A DNA stretch of 64,000 nucleotides from Gammaproteobacteria bacterium. GTDB lineage: Bacteria > Pseudomonadota > Gammaproteobacteria > Pseudomonadales > Azotimanducaceae. Positions within the stretch are counted from its first letter, which is position 1. The number at the start of each line of letters is the position of its first letter. The notes under the pieces were generated by a model. That model was not told where the DNA came from. It saw nothing but the letters and a program-made list of their open reading frames with translations, and searched no databases. A program made the translations under genes and the position numbers. Shown here in pieces: positions 9,404 to 18,722 of the stretch. The stretch is from contig SMWF01000003.1 in the NCBI GenBank assembly GCA_004357385.1, positions 50,635 through 114,634 of the forward strand. Reading direction: 5' to 3'.

Positions 9404-9996
9404 ATTTCCTCGCCCATTGCGCGCTCGCGCGGAGCCATCCCGATCTGATGGTCGGTGGCTTTCTTGGCGATTTCCTGAAAGGGCGAATCTCTGCAGAACT
9501 GCCCGCCCGGGTCGCCGATGGGGTGCGCCTGCACCGCCGCCTGGACGCCTACAGCGCGGAACAGCCCGAGATCAGGCACAGCGTCTTGCGTCTGCCCAGC
9601 GAACTGCGCCGCGTCGCTCCGGTGTTCGTCGATCTGGTCGCCGATCACGTGCTGGCCCGGCGCTTCGCCGAGTGGGAGGGTCAATCGCTGAGTTCCTTCA
9701 CGCGCTATACCTACCAGGTCCTCGACGACGCCCGCCATCTCTATCCCGACCCGGCCCGGCGCTTCCTCGACGTAATGCGAACCCATGATCTGCTCGGCGC
9801 CTACACCGAGCCCCGAGTCATCGAACGTGCGTTCCTGCACATCGCTAAACGTCTCCATCTGACGGACATCGTCGCGCCGGCGATGGCTACGCTACGGGCG
9901 CAATACGCTGGTTTCGAAACCGATTTCTCTCAGTACTATCCCGATCTGAAGTCTCATACCGCCGATTGGCTGGCCGCCAGGGAGACGCCCGGTTGA
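9400..9996 (+). CDS. acpH: Acyl carrier protein phosphodiesterase
   Basis: N-terminus MNFLAHCALA is characteristic of AcpH. The TTG start overlaps the gshA stop (TTGA). Confidence 0.75.
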   Translation: MNFLAHCALARSHPDLMVGGFLGDFLKGRISAELPARVADGVRLHRRLDAYSAEQPEIRHSVLRLPSELRRVAPVFVDLVADHVLARRFAEWEGQSLSSFTRYTYQVLDDARHLYPDPARRFLDVMRTHDLLGAYTEPRVIERAFLHIAKRLHLTDIVAPAMATLRAQYAGFETDFSQYYPDLKSHTADWLAARETPG

Positions 9997-10083
9997 CGCC
10001 ACCGATATGCCCGGTAACCTTCACCGCCGCATTCACAGATCCGACATCACACCCAACTACACCCACAACGGAGGGGAGTCGCG

Positions 10084-11064
10084 ATGAGAGCCGTGCTATG
10101 CCATGCCTTTGGACCTCCGGAGTCGCTCACGCTCGAGGACGTGGACGCGCCCGTGCCAAAGCCCGGTGAGGTGCTGGTGGACGTGCACGCCGCCGCCTTG
10201 AATTTCCCGGATGTCCTGATGATCGAGGGCAAGTATCAAAGCCAGCCGCCGTTTCCGTTCGCCCCCGGTGGTGAGCTGTCGGGCACGGTCGCAGCGCTCG
10301 GCGAGGGGGTCACAGACCTCCAACTGGGCCAGGCGGTGTTCGGCGGAGTCGGCAGCGGCGCGTTCGTCGAACAGGCGGCAATCGCGGCGAATCGGCTGCG
10401 GGTCAAACCTGACTCGATGACGTTCGCGCAGGCGGCGGGAATCAGCACCACCTACGGCACCAGCTATCACGCCCTCAAACAACGCGCCGCGCTGCAACCC
10501 GGCGAGACCCTGCTGGTTCTGGGCGCGGCTGGCGGCGTCGGCCTCGCCGCGGTCGAACTGGGAAAAGCCATGGGCGCGCGGGTGATCGCTGCAGCAAGCA
10601 ACGACGAGAAACTCGCCGTCGCGCGCGCCGCCGGCGCCGATGAACTGATCAACTACGCCGATGGCGAACTCAAGGACAAGGTCAAAGCCCTCACCGATGG
10701 CAAGGGCGCCGATGTCATCTACGATCCCGTCGGCGGCGACCTGTTCGACCAGTGCATGCGCTGCATCAACTGGAATGGCCGCGTGCTGGTGATCGGCTTC
10801 ACCGGAGGTTACATCCCGAAAGTGCCGATCAACCTGATCCTGCTCAAGGGTTGTCAGGTGGTGGGCGTGTTTTACGGCTCGTTTTCCGCTCGTGAGCCCG
10901 CAGTGAACGAAGAAAATTTCGGCCAGGTGCTGCGCTGGTTCGAGACCGGCACGCTCAAACCTCTGGTCGGGGCACGCTATCCGATGGAGGAGTACGCTGC
11001 CGCGCTCCGTTGCCTGTCCGAACGTCGGGCTATCGGCAAGGTTGTGCTGGAGATTCGTCCATGA
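10084..11064 (+). CDS. NADPH:quinone oxidoreductase / zinc-type alcohol dehydrogenase-like (MDR) family
   Basis: 326 aa. MDR-family layout with the nucleotide-binding motif LVLGAAGGVGLAAV. Confidence 0.8.
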   Translation: MRAVLCHAFGPPESLTLEDVDAPVPKPGEVLVDVHAAALNFPDVLMIEGKYQSQPPFPFAPGGELSGTVAALGEGVTDLQLGQAVFGGVGSGAFVEQAAIAANRLRVKPDSMTFAQAAGISTTYGTSYHALKQRAALQPGETLLVLGAAGGVGLAAVELGKAMGARVIAAASNDEKLAVARAAGADELINYADGELKDKVKALTDGKGADVIYDPVGGDLFDQCMRCINWNGRVLVIGFTGGYIPKVPINLILLKGCQVVGVFYGSFSAREPAVNEENFGQVLRWFETGTLKPLVGARYPMEEYAAALRCLSERRAIGKVVLEIRP

Positions 11065-11537
11065 CCCCGAGCCAGACGTTCGCCGCCGCATTGGTGGCCG
11101 CCACCGGCGTTCTGCTTGGCAGCGCACTATTCATGGAGCACGTGATGGATCTGACGCCCTGCCCGCTGTGTCTGATGCAGCGGATCTGGGTCATGATCGT
11201 TGGCGCCATCGCCCTGGCCGGTCTGGCCCACAATCCGCGAATTCTGATCTATCCGCTGCTGAGTGTGCTGGCGGCTACGGCCGGGGCGGGATTCTCGGTA
11301 CGGCAACTCTACCTGCAGAGCCTGCCAGCAGATCAGGTGCCCTCGTGTGGTGCACCTCTGGAATACTTGCTCGACGGGCCGCTGGCCGACCTGCTGCGCG
11401 AAATGACCCTGGGCGGCGGCAACTGCGCCGAAGTGAGCTTCTCGTTGATCGGAATCAGTCTCCCAGGATGGGCGCTGCTCGGGTTCCTGGCGCTGGCTGG
11501 ACTGGCCGCCCTGCAGTGGCGTGCCGCGCGCCGGTAG
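11061..11537 (+). CDS. dsbB: Disulfide bond formation protein B
   Basis: Four TM segments. First periplasmic loop has CPLCLMQR; a second Cys pair occurs at PSCG...GGGNCAE. ATGA overlap with the upstream stop. Confidence 0.8.
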   Translation: MTPSQTFAAALVAATGVLLGSALFMEHVMDLTPCPLCLMQRIWVMIVGAIALAGLAHNPRILIYPLLSVLAATAGAGFSVRQLYLQSLPADQVPSCGAPLEYLLDGPLADLLREMTLGGGNCAEVSFSLIGISLPGWALLGFLALAGLAALQWRAARR

Positions 11538-11713
11538 GGGTCCCTTAACGGTCCTGTAACAGTTCCCTGGCAGACGGATGTGCGATCAGCCGTTCGAATT
11601 CCGCAACGCCTTAATCTTAATGGAAAAATCCTGGAGAACGATGGAGATCCATTGCTTAGCCGTTACCCGGGTGTATAGTCCGACCACGATACGACAACAA
11701 CTATAACTACGCG

Positions 11714-12451
11714 ATGGTAGAGCCGAACGCACTACGCATCTTAGTCGTCAACGGTAAGGGAGGCTGCGGCAAAACTACGATAGCGACTAACCTCGCCGCC
11801 GCACATGCACGCCAGGGACACGGCGTGGCCCTCATCGACCACGACTCTCAGGCATCGAGCAGCCACTGGCTGAACCAGCGGGCGCCAGACCAGCCGTCGA
11901 TTCATCTCGTCCAGGCGCACCAGCGCACGGCCATGTACGCGACGCGCTCGTTCCAGCAGCGGCTTCCGAGCCGCATCAGCCGGATCATCATCGACACACC
12001 TTCCGTCGTCGGAGACGCTGAACTCGATCACCTGTTGCGCGGCGTGAGTGCGATCGTCGTGCCCGTGCTGCCGTCGTCGTTGGACATTCGGGCCGCCGAC
12101 CGATTCCTCCAGCAGTTGGGCAACCATCGTCTGCTGCGCAGCCGCCCCGTGCCGGTCGCGACCATCGCAAATCGTGTCCGACCCAACACCCTCGGTCACA
12201 CCCGACTGAAGGAGTTTCTCGCGCAACTGGACGTCCCAACCATCGCGACCTTCCGTGACCGGGCGATTTACATGCGTTTGGCCGATCAGGGCAAGGGCGT
12301 GGTCGACGTGCCCGAGGATCGCGAAGCGGCGGCAGAGCTCCCGCAATGGCAAGCCCTGCTGGCTTGGATCGATGCAACGGACACGCGCCACCGCGCCAGC
12401 CCGGCACGAGCGACCCACCACGCCCGCAGCGCATACCGCCAACCCGCCTGA
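11714..12451 (+). CDS. ParA/MinD-family P-loop ATPase (orphan)
   Basis: Deviant Walker A VVNGKGGCGKTT including the signature lysine. Walker B IIIDTP. Basic, low-complexity C-terminal tail. Confidence 0.75.
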   Translation: MVEPNALRILVVNGKGGCGKTTIATNLAAAHARQGHGVALIDHDSQASSSHWLNQRAPDQPSIHLVQAHQRTAMYATRSFQQRLPSRISRIIIDTPSVVGDAELDHLLRGVSAIVVPVLPSSLDIRAADRFLQQLGNHRLLRSRPVPVATIANRVRPNTLGHTRLKEFLAQLDVPTIATFRDRAIYMRLADQGKGVVDVPEDREAAAELPQWQALLAWIDATDTRHRASPARATHHARSAYRQPA

Positions 12452-12553
12452 CCATCCCCCAGGAGCCCCTCGAAACCCTGGACCCCTGACCTGCAGTTCC
12501 CTATGGTGCGCAACGGTTATCACGGACCGGCACCCGATCCCGGCTGAACGGAC

Positions 12554-14416
12554 ATGCTGAAGCTCATCGACGTTACGCTGCAACGCGGTGGCGAGCCCCT
12601 GTTCGTGGGTCTCGACATCACCGTGCACGACGGTCACCGCCTGGGGATCGTGGGCCGCAACGGCATCGGCAAATCGACGCTGTTCGCCCTGATACGCCGT
12701 ACGCTGCTGCCGGACGAGGGCGACGTTGTGCGCCCGGCAAAGTGGACCGTCGCGCACCTGGCCCAGGAAGTGGAAACCAGTGATCGCGAAGCTCTGGAGT
12801 GGGTGCTGGACGGGGATCGGCAGCTCCGGGAGGTCGAAACGCGAATCGCCCGTGCGGAATCCACCGGCGACGACCACGCGCTGGCCCACCTGTACACAGA
12901 TCTCGAGGACGCCGGCGGCTACACCGCCCAACCCAGAGCGGCAGAAATACTGAACGGGCTCGGATTCGCAGCGGACACGTTCAAACAGCGTTATGCGGAG
13001 TTTTCCGGGGGCTGGCGCATTCGGCTGAATCTCGCGCAAACGCTGATGAGCCCTTCCGATCTGTTGCTGCTGGACGAACCGACCAACCATCTCGATCTGG
13101 ACGCCATGTTCTGGCTCGAGAGCTGGCTGCTTCGGTATCGGGGCACGCTCCTTGTGATTGCCCACGACCGCGACTTTCTCGATACGGTTTGTACCGACAT
13201 CGTGCATCTGGAACACCGCCAGGCGCGTACCTACAAGGGCAATTACTCGTCCTTCGAACGACAGCGCGCCGAAGCGCTTGCGCTGCAGTCATCCGTGCAC
13301 AAGAAGCAGCAGCACCAGGCGGCGCATCTGCAGCGATTCATCGACCGGTTCCGCTCGAAGGCCACCAAAGCCCGCCAGGTCCAGGGACGCATCAAGGCGC
13401 TCGAGCGCCTGAACGCAGCCGCCCCCGCGCACGTCGACTCCCCTTATGCATTCAGCTTTCCGAACCCGCTGAAGATGTCGAAGCCGCTTTTGACCCTGCG
13501 CGACGGCGTACTCGGCTACGGCGATTCGAGCGTGCTCAGTGAGGTCCGCCTCGACGTACATCCCGAAGCGCGGATCGGCGTGCTCGGGGCAAACGGCGCA
13601 GGCAAGTCGACGCTGATGAAAACCCTCGCCGGCGACCTCGCGCCAATCGCAGGCGCATTGCAGCGCGGTGCCCACAGCGCCGTCGGCTATTTTGCTCAGC
13701 AGCAACTCGAACAGTTGAATGGCAGCCGCAGCCCACTTGCGCTGCTCGAAGACATTCCGCCGGTCGAATCGGAACAGCGCCGCCGGAATTACCTCGGGGG
13801 CTGGGGTTTCAGCGGCGATATCGTCAAGCGCCCCAGCGTAACCTTGTCCGGGGGCGAACGGTCTCGACTGGTGCTCGCCCTGATTGCCTGGCAACGCCCC
13901 GCGTTGCTGATCCTCGATGAGCCAACCAATCACCTGGACCTTGAAATGCGCCACACGCTGAGTATTGCGCTGCAGGACTACACCGGCGCAATGATCCTGG
14001 TGTCCCACGACCGGGAGCTACTCGCGCGTACCGTCGACGACTACTGGTTGGTGGCCCAGGGCCGTGTACGGGAATTCAAAGGGGACCTAGATGCATACCG
14101 CGATCTGGTTCAGTCGCGACTGGCGAATCCCGGTGGAACTGACGCCAGCAAGAAGGGGCGCAGGCGCGCGGCGGCCGAACGGCGGCGCGAAAGCGAACCG
14201 CTTCGCAAGCAGATTAAACAGCTCGATGCGCAGATACGTAAACTCGGCGATTCACTGGCCGAACTCGACGTTACGCTTTCCGATGTGAGCGTCTACGAAC
14301 GGCTGTCCAGCGAGCAGATCACCCAGTTACTGGCGACCCAAGGCGCGCAACGCCGCGATCTCGAGACGGCCGAACACTCCTGGCTCGAATTGCACGACGC
14401 GCTAGAGACTCCCTAA
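12554..14416 (+). CDS. yheS: ABC-F family ATPase (YheS-like)
   Basis: Two ABC cassettes (GRNGIGKST and GANGAGKST; LSGGWRIRL and LSGGERSRL), an inter-domain linker and a C-terminal coiled coil, with no TM domain. Colinear with E. coli YheS. Confidence 0.88.
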   Translation: MLKLIDVTLQRGGEPLFVGLDITVHDGHRLGIVGRNGIGKSTLFALIRRTLLPDEGDVVRPAKWTVAHLAQEVETSDREALEWVLDGDRQLREVETRIARAESTGDDHALAHLYTDLEDAGGYTAQPRAAEILNGLGFAADTFKQRYAEFSGGWRIRLNLAQTLMSPSDLLLLDEPTNHLDLDAMFWLESWLLRYRGTLLVIAHDRDFLDTVCTDIVHLEHRQARTYKGNYSSFERQRAEALALQSSVHKKQQHQAAHLQRFIDRFRSKATKARQVQGRIKALERLNAAAPAHVDSPYAFSFPNPLKMSKPLLTLRDGVLGYGDSSVLSEVRLDVHPEARIGVLGANGAGKSTLMKTLAGDLAPIAGALQRGAHSAVGYFAQQQLEQLNGSRSPLALLEDIPPVESEQRRRNYLGGWGFSGDIVKRPSVTLSGGERSRLVLALIAWQRPALLILDEPTNHLDLEMRHTLSIALQDYTGAMILVSHDRELLARTVDDYWLVAQGRVREFKGDLDAYRDLVQSRLANPGGTDASKKGRRRAAAERRRESEPLRKQIKQLDAQIRKLGDSLAELDVTLSDVSVYERLSSEQITQLLATQGAQRRDLETAEHSWLELHDALETP

Positions 14417-15381
14417 GGGCCAACGAAGCTCGAGTCTGAGTTAATCAATATCTCGAAGTCCTGCTCGCCAACGCGCTGGCGCATTTCGATCACCCGCATG
14501 GCGTCGACGGGCACAGCCCTCATGAAACCCATGCCGCCCATTACATCACCAGGTTTCAGCGATAGGCTCAGCGATCCGCCGTCACGAATCACGGTTACAC
14601 TCGCCTCACCGGCGCGCATGCCGGCAAACAACTCATGTTGCCGGGCGACAAGTTCACCGTTGAGCTCAGTGATCACATCTCCAGGCATCAGCGTGTCCGG
14701 GTTGTCGTCGCCATTGAGCACCAGAATCCCGGCATCAACGCCAAAGTAACGCCCCACCCCGGGGTTCAGATCGTGCAGCACTACGCCCATCGGCCGCCCA
14801 GCCCCCGGACCCAGGGCCAAGCTCGGCATGGGACTGCCGATGGCGATCGGACCCGCAGAGGCAGCCCCAAACATCGCTACCGAGTGCCGCGTATCGCGAA
14901 CCTCGATCTCCGCGCTCCGGGTTTCGTCGCCGCGCCGATATTCGATCTGCACGGTGTCGCCGGGGCTCAGATCGCGAGTCGCCGCACGCAGCCCGCGACC
15001 CGCCTCCATCCCAGACCCGCCCAGCGCGTACCCGTTGATCGACGTCAGCAGGTCGCCAGACTCGACACCGGCCGCGGCGGCCGGCCCCTGGGGTGTGACT
15101 CCCATGATTTCTATGCCATCCGCCCGGGCCCGCCCGAGAAACATGCCCAAACGCATTGGGATCGGCAGGGGTTGCAGGTCGAATCCCACCGGCGGTCCAG
15201 CTGTGCGGTGCAACGCCGAGAGTTCGCGCGCCGCCGTGTCCAGGCGTTCACGGGCCGCCTGAAGTGCCGCGTCCAACTCCGGATCCGACTCAGCGTCCGA
15301 GATCAAGTATTGCGCCACACCTGGGGGTGCCAGCAAGGCTGCCGCGAGCGTTACTATCAGCAATCGTACGTGTCGTTTCAT
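14413..15381 (-). CDS. Periplasmic PDZ-domain protein (two PDZ domains, no protease domain)
   Basis: Signal peptide MKRHVRLLIVTLAAALLAPPGVAQ. Two PDZ-like blocks (GIEIMGVTPQGPAAAAGVESGDLLTSING and GILVLNGDDNPDTLMPGDVITELNG). Confidence 0.7.
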   Translation of the reverse strand: MKRHVRLLIVTLAAALLAPPGVAQYLISDAESDPELDAALQAARERLDTAARELSALHRTAGPPVGFDLQPLPIPMRLGMFLGRARADGIEIMGVTPQGPAAAAGVESGDLLTSINGYALGGSGMEAGRGLRAATRDLSPGDTVQIEYRRGDETRSAEIEVRDTRHSVAMFGAASAGPIAIGSPMPSLALGPGAGRPMGVVLHDLNPGVGRYFGVDAGILVLNGDDNPDTLMPGDVITELNGELVARQHELFAGMRAGEASVTVIRDGGSLSLSLKPGDVMGGMGFMRAVPVDAMRVIEMRQRVGEQDFEILINSDSSFVGP

Positions 15382-15510
15382 CGATCGTCTCCGGTAAGCA
15401 CCACAGGTCGCAGCTCAGGGTTGTAGCGGATGGTTTAGACGTGCCAACTCGCCGAAAGGTTGCACCCCGCAAAAAAAAGGAGAAATAAAACTCATGCGGG
15501 ACCAAACAAC

Positions 15511-15532
15511 GAGGGCGCCCGCAGGCGCCCTC
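15511..15532 (-). terminator. Hairpin terminator after the LLM oxidoreductase gene
   Basis: GAGGGCGCC-(4 nt)-GGCGCCCTC, a perfect 9-bp stem 24 nt past the stop. It is followed on the minus strand by GTTGTTTGG. Confidence 0.5.
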
Positions 15533-15555
15533 TCGGTTCCGCTGGCCTGTTCGGC

Positions 15556-16833
15556 TCAGCCTGCAGCAGTTTTCTCGTAGATCGACGGCTCGTCTTTCGC
15601 TTCTTCCGTGATCTTGCGACCCAGCGCCAGGTAGGTCGGAATCTCGTCATCCGCGAGCTCGGCCATCTTCACCTTGCGGGCCAGAGCAGCCTCGATGTAC
15701 GGGGCAAGCTCTTCGTTCTTCTTCTGCTCGCGTTCCGCGCCGCGCGCTTTGAACTCCGGCATCACCTCGGCGGCGAAGAGCTCCAGGGCTTCACAGATAT
15801 GCTCGTGCTTGTTCCTGCCGGCCTGCTGGATGAACGTGACCTGATCGACTCCCGCGGTCTCAAATTTCTTAAGGTGCACCCGCAAGTCGTCCGGCGTACC
15901 AATTCCGCCAGCACCGCCGCTGAGCGCTTCGGTGACCATCTCCGGGACGTCCTTCCGGCGTTCCTCGTAGACCTCCTCGAACTCCGCCCAGAGGTTGGTG
16001 CGGCCCGGCTTGTGCGCGCCGAAACCGTACAGACTGCCGAGCGCGTAACCGAAGAACTCGAAGCCCTTCAGGCCACGATCGATCGCAACCTGCCGGTCCT
16101 GGTGACAGGAAAAGCTGGACACCATGCAGATGTTGGCATTCACGGCGTGGCCGATGGGCACGCATTCATCGCTCTTGATGATGCTGTAGTACTCCTCCAC
16201 CCAGGACTGGGCTTCCAGCGGATCGACGAAAGCAAACGTCAACGCGCCGATGCCCAGCCGTGCAGCCATGCGGATGGTCTCGCGCTGGGAACAGGCCACC
16301 CAGATCGGCGGATGCGGCTTCTGAACCGGCTTCGGCACCACGTTGCGACACGGCATCTCGAAATATTTGCCCTTGTAGCCAGGGTAGGGGTCCATCGTCA
16401 GCATGTTGGCGATCTGCTCGGTAGACTCCAGGAAGATCTTGCGCTTCTCGGCCACCGGAACCCCAAAACCGCCCAGCTCGAGTTCCGCAGAGGACTCGCC
16501 CACACCGAAGTCGACCCGCCCGTTGGACACCAGGTCCAACGTCGCGATGACCTCAGCGGTTCGAGCCGGGTGATTGTACTGGGGGATCACCTGACGGATG
16601 CCCTGGCCCAGGCGAATATTCTTGGTGCGCGCCGCACAGGCCGCGAGAAACACCTCGGGAGCAGAGGAGTGTGAGTACTCCTCCAGGAAGTGATGCTCCA
16701 CCTCCCAGGCGTAGTCGATGCCGAGCCGATCCGCGACCTCGACCTGCTCCAGCGCCTCGTTGAACAAACGCTGCTCCGCCCCTTCGGTCCAGGGCCGCGG
16801 TAGCTGATGCTCGTAGAAAATCCCAAACTTCAT
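15556..16833 (-). CDS. LLM-class (luciferase-like) flavin-dependent oxidoreductase
   Basis: N-terminus MKFGIFYEHQLPRPW and TIM-barrel LLM blocks. Long helical C-terminal extension. Confidence 0.85.
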   Translation of the reverse strand: MKFGIFYEHQLPRPWTEGAEQRLFNEALEQVEVADRLGIDYAWEVEHHFLEEYSHSSAPEVFLAACAARTKNIRLGQGIRQVIPQYNHPARTAEVIATLDLVSNGRVDFGVGESSAELELGGFGVPVAEKRKIFLESTEQIANMLTMDPYPGYKGKYFEMPCRNVVPKPVQKPHPPIWVACSQRETIRMAARLGIGALTFAFVDPLEAQSWVEEYYSIIKSDECVPIGHAVNANICMVSSFSCHQDRQVAIDRGLKGFEFFGYALGSLYGFGAHKPGRTNLWAEFEEVYEERRKDVPEMVTEALSGGAGGIGTPDDLRVHLKKFETAGVDQVTFIQQAGRNKHEHICEALELFAAEVMPEFKARGAEREQKKNEELAPYIEAALARKVKMAELADDEIPTYLALGRKITEEAKDEPSIYEKTAAG

Positions 16834-16867
16834 GTCTTCACCCTTTCTTACGGTTCTCTAAAGTCGT

Positions 16868-17506
16868 TTAAACAGCCGTCGCCAATTGCGACTCGCCCGG
16901 CCGCAAAGAAGGCACCAGTGCCCGCTCCACGAACCCGACGACGTTTTCAATCATTGCCTCGCCCGACAGGTCCCTGCGCACCACATACATCAGCGCGTTG
17001 CCCACGAATCCACACAGCGCATGGCTGATCAGTGCCGCGTCAAAGGCACCAGCGCCAAGAATTTCCTGCTCGCCAAGAATCAGGTACAGGAAGTCGCCGA
17101 GCCGATCGTAGATACGCCGTGCGTCGCCATCCTCGGGCGCGATGGTCAGCGGATCCAGAAACGCGACGTGCAGCACCCCCGGGTACTCCAGGTCGAAGGC
17201 CATCAACGTGCGCAGGATCACCGTCAACCGTTCGCGCAGCCCGCTGACCCCGTCGAGGTTTTTCCGATACTCCGCGATCAACTGATCCTGGGCATCGTCA
17301 GCGAAAGCAAGGAACGCATCCTCCTTGCTCTTGAAGTGCAGATAGAACGTACCGTTGGCAACACCGGCTGATCGTGCGATGTCCTGGGGGCGGGTTGCTT
17401 CGTAGCCCTGCTCGATGAACAGCTCGCGCGCAGCCGCAAGCAACTTGCGCCGGCTCTCGAGCCGTCGACGTGCCTGTCCATCGGTGGGTTTAACCACTTC
17501 ACTCAT
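16868..17506 (-). CDS. TetR/AcrR-family transcriptional regulator
   Basis: HTH block ELFIEQGYEATRPQDIARSAGVANGTFYLHFKSKEDAF. Start re-placed at MSEVVKP (17506). It lies 34 nt upstream of the LLM gene on the same strand. Confidence 0.8.
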   Translation of the reverse strand: MSEVVKPTDGQARRRLESRRKLLAAARELFIEQGYEATRPQDIARSAGVANGTFYLHFKSKEDAFLAFADDAQDQLIAEYRKNLDGVSGLRERLTVILRTLMAFDLEYPGVLHVAFLDPLTIAPEDGDARRIYDRLGDFLYLILGEQEILGAGAFDAALISHALCGFVGNALMYVVRRDLSGEAMIENVVGFVERALVPSLRPGESQLATAV

Positions 17507-17533
17507 GCCAAGCGAGCACTTACTGAACGAATA

Positions 17534-17546
17534 TGACAAAATGTCA
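17534..17546. promoter_or_regulatory. Palindrome TGACA-AAA-TGTCA, candidate TetR operator
   Basis: Perfect 5+5 inverted repeat 28 nt upstream of the TetR start, in the divergent spacer. Confidence 0.3.
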
Positions 17547-17679
17547 GAAAGCGAAGTGAACCTCATTGGGGGGGTACATTGCAAGTTTTGAATCGGCTGA
17601 GTGAACGCGCATTCGCGCGCGCGCCGGCGACTTTGCCTGCCAAGGCATCTCGCTGCACAAACGCGTACCGCTGGAATCA

Positions 17680-18702
17680 ATGGGGGGAACTCAGGGCAAC
17701 GACATCTGGGGGTGGTTTGACCCCCAATCCGGCGACGAGTACGCCCTGGTGGGTTTGACCAACGGCACCGCCTTCGTCAATGTCACGAATCCCGAGAATC
17801 CGGTGTTCCTGGGGCGCCTGCCCACAGCGACGGTAGGGGCGACCTGGCGCGACATCAAGGTCTATCAGAACCACGCCTATGTTGTTGCCGACGGCGCGGG
17901 CCAACACGGTATGCAGGTTTTCGATCTGACGCGCCTGCGTGGCGTGACCTCGGCCCAGAACTTCGCCGCCGATGTCGTGTATGGCGACTTCGGAAGCGCG
18001 CATAACATTGCGATCAACGAAGCGACCGGGTTCGCCTACGCAGTCGAAACAAACACGTGCGGAGGGGGATTGCACATCATCGATATCGGCATCCCGATCA
18101 GTCCCATGTTCGCAGGCTGCCATGCGACCGTGGCTACGCACGACACCCAATGCGTCGTCTACCAGGGGCCCGATCCAGACCACCAGAGCCACGAAGTCTG
18201 CATCAGTTCCAACGTGAATCATGTCGAGGTGGTCGATGTCACTACGAAATCCGCGCCTGTGACCCTTTCAACGGCAGTTTATCCGCAGCTTGGCTTCCTC
18301 CATCAGGGCTGGCTGACCGAAGACCATCGTTACTTTCTGGTGGGCGACGAGACGGATGAGGTCAGTTTCAATGTGCCTACACGGACTCATGTGTTCGACC
18401 TGTCGGATCTCGATGCGCCACAGTATGTGTTTGCCTACGAGGCACCGACCCGCGCAATCGATCACAACCTCTATGTACTTGGCAATCGGGTGTTCGAAGC
18501 CAACTACACCTCCGGGTTGCGCGTTCTGCAATTCGGCGATCTGGCCAATGAAGAGTTGCAGGAAATTGCCTTTTTCGACACGTTTCCGGCAAGCGACGCG
18601 GCCGAATTCGACGGGGCGTGGAACGTCTACCCCTACTTGCCTTCAGGAACGTTGATCGTCAACGACGTGACCAACGGACTGTTCATTCTTTCGAACCCGT
18701 AG
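17680..18702 (+). CDS. Choice-of-anchor-B / LVIVD-repeat beta-propeller family protein, N-terminally truncated
   Basis: Family blocks NDIWGWFDPQSGDEYALVG, IKVYQNHAYVVADG, GMQVFDLT and FLHQGWLTEDHRYF. No signal peptide. Family-like sequence continues upstream only to an in-frame TGA at 17599. Confidence 0.6.
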   Translation: MGGTQGNDIWGWFDPQSGDEYALVGLTNGTAFVNVTNPENPVFLGRLPTATVGATWRDIKVYQNHAYVVADGAGQHGMQVFDLTRLRGVTSAQNFAADVVYGDFGSAHNIAINEATGFAYAVETNTCGGGLHIIDIGIPISPMFAGCHATVATHDTQCVVYQGPDPDHQSHEVCISSNVNHVEVVDVTTKSAPVTLSTAVYPQLGFLHQGWLTEDHRYFLVGDETDEVSFNVPTRTHVFDLSDLDAPQYVFAYEAPTRAIDHNLYVLGNRVFEANYTSGLRVLQFGDLANEELQEIAFFDTFPASDAAEFDGAWNVYPYLPSGTLIVNDVTNGLFILSNP

Positions 18703-18722
18703 CGCTCTGGTACCCTCCTGGC

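Noticed and set aside
11585-11605. GTTCGAATTCC, resembling a tRNA T-loop.
   Set aside because: The flanks cannot form a T-stem, acceptor stem or anticodon arm. No tRNA-like cloverleaf can be drawn.
11741-13216. Long ORFs antisense to well-supported genes. Examples: 11741-13216, 10096-11127, 15460-16674, 25176-26402, 37438-38712, 39226-40242, 46298-47443, 47735-48952, 52969-54279, 58562-59794, 59679-60755 and 60813-61721.
   Set aside because: Each lies opposite a gene with unmistakable family motifs. Their translations are Arg/Pro/Gly/Ala-rich low-complexity sequence, typical of stop-poor shadow frames in high-GC DNA.
15477-15583. A8-AAGGAGA followed by an ATG at 15494 and a 29-aa ORF.
   Set aside because: The ORF runs straight through the 9-bp-stem terminator hairpin and into the antisense of the LLM gene 3' end. 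The A/T-tract and SD-like sequence are more simply explained as part of the terminator/promoter spacer.
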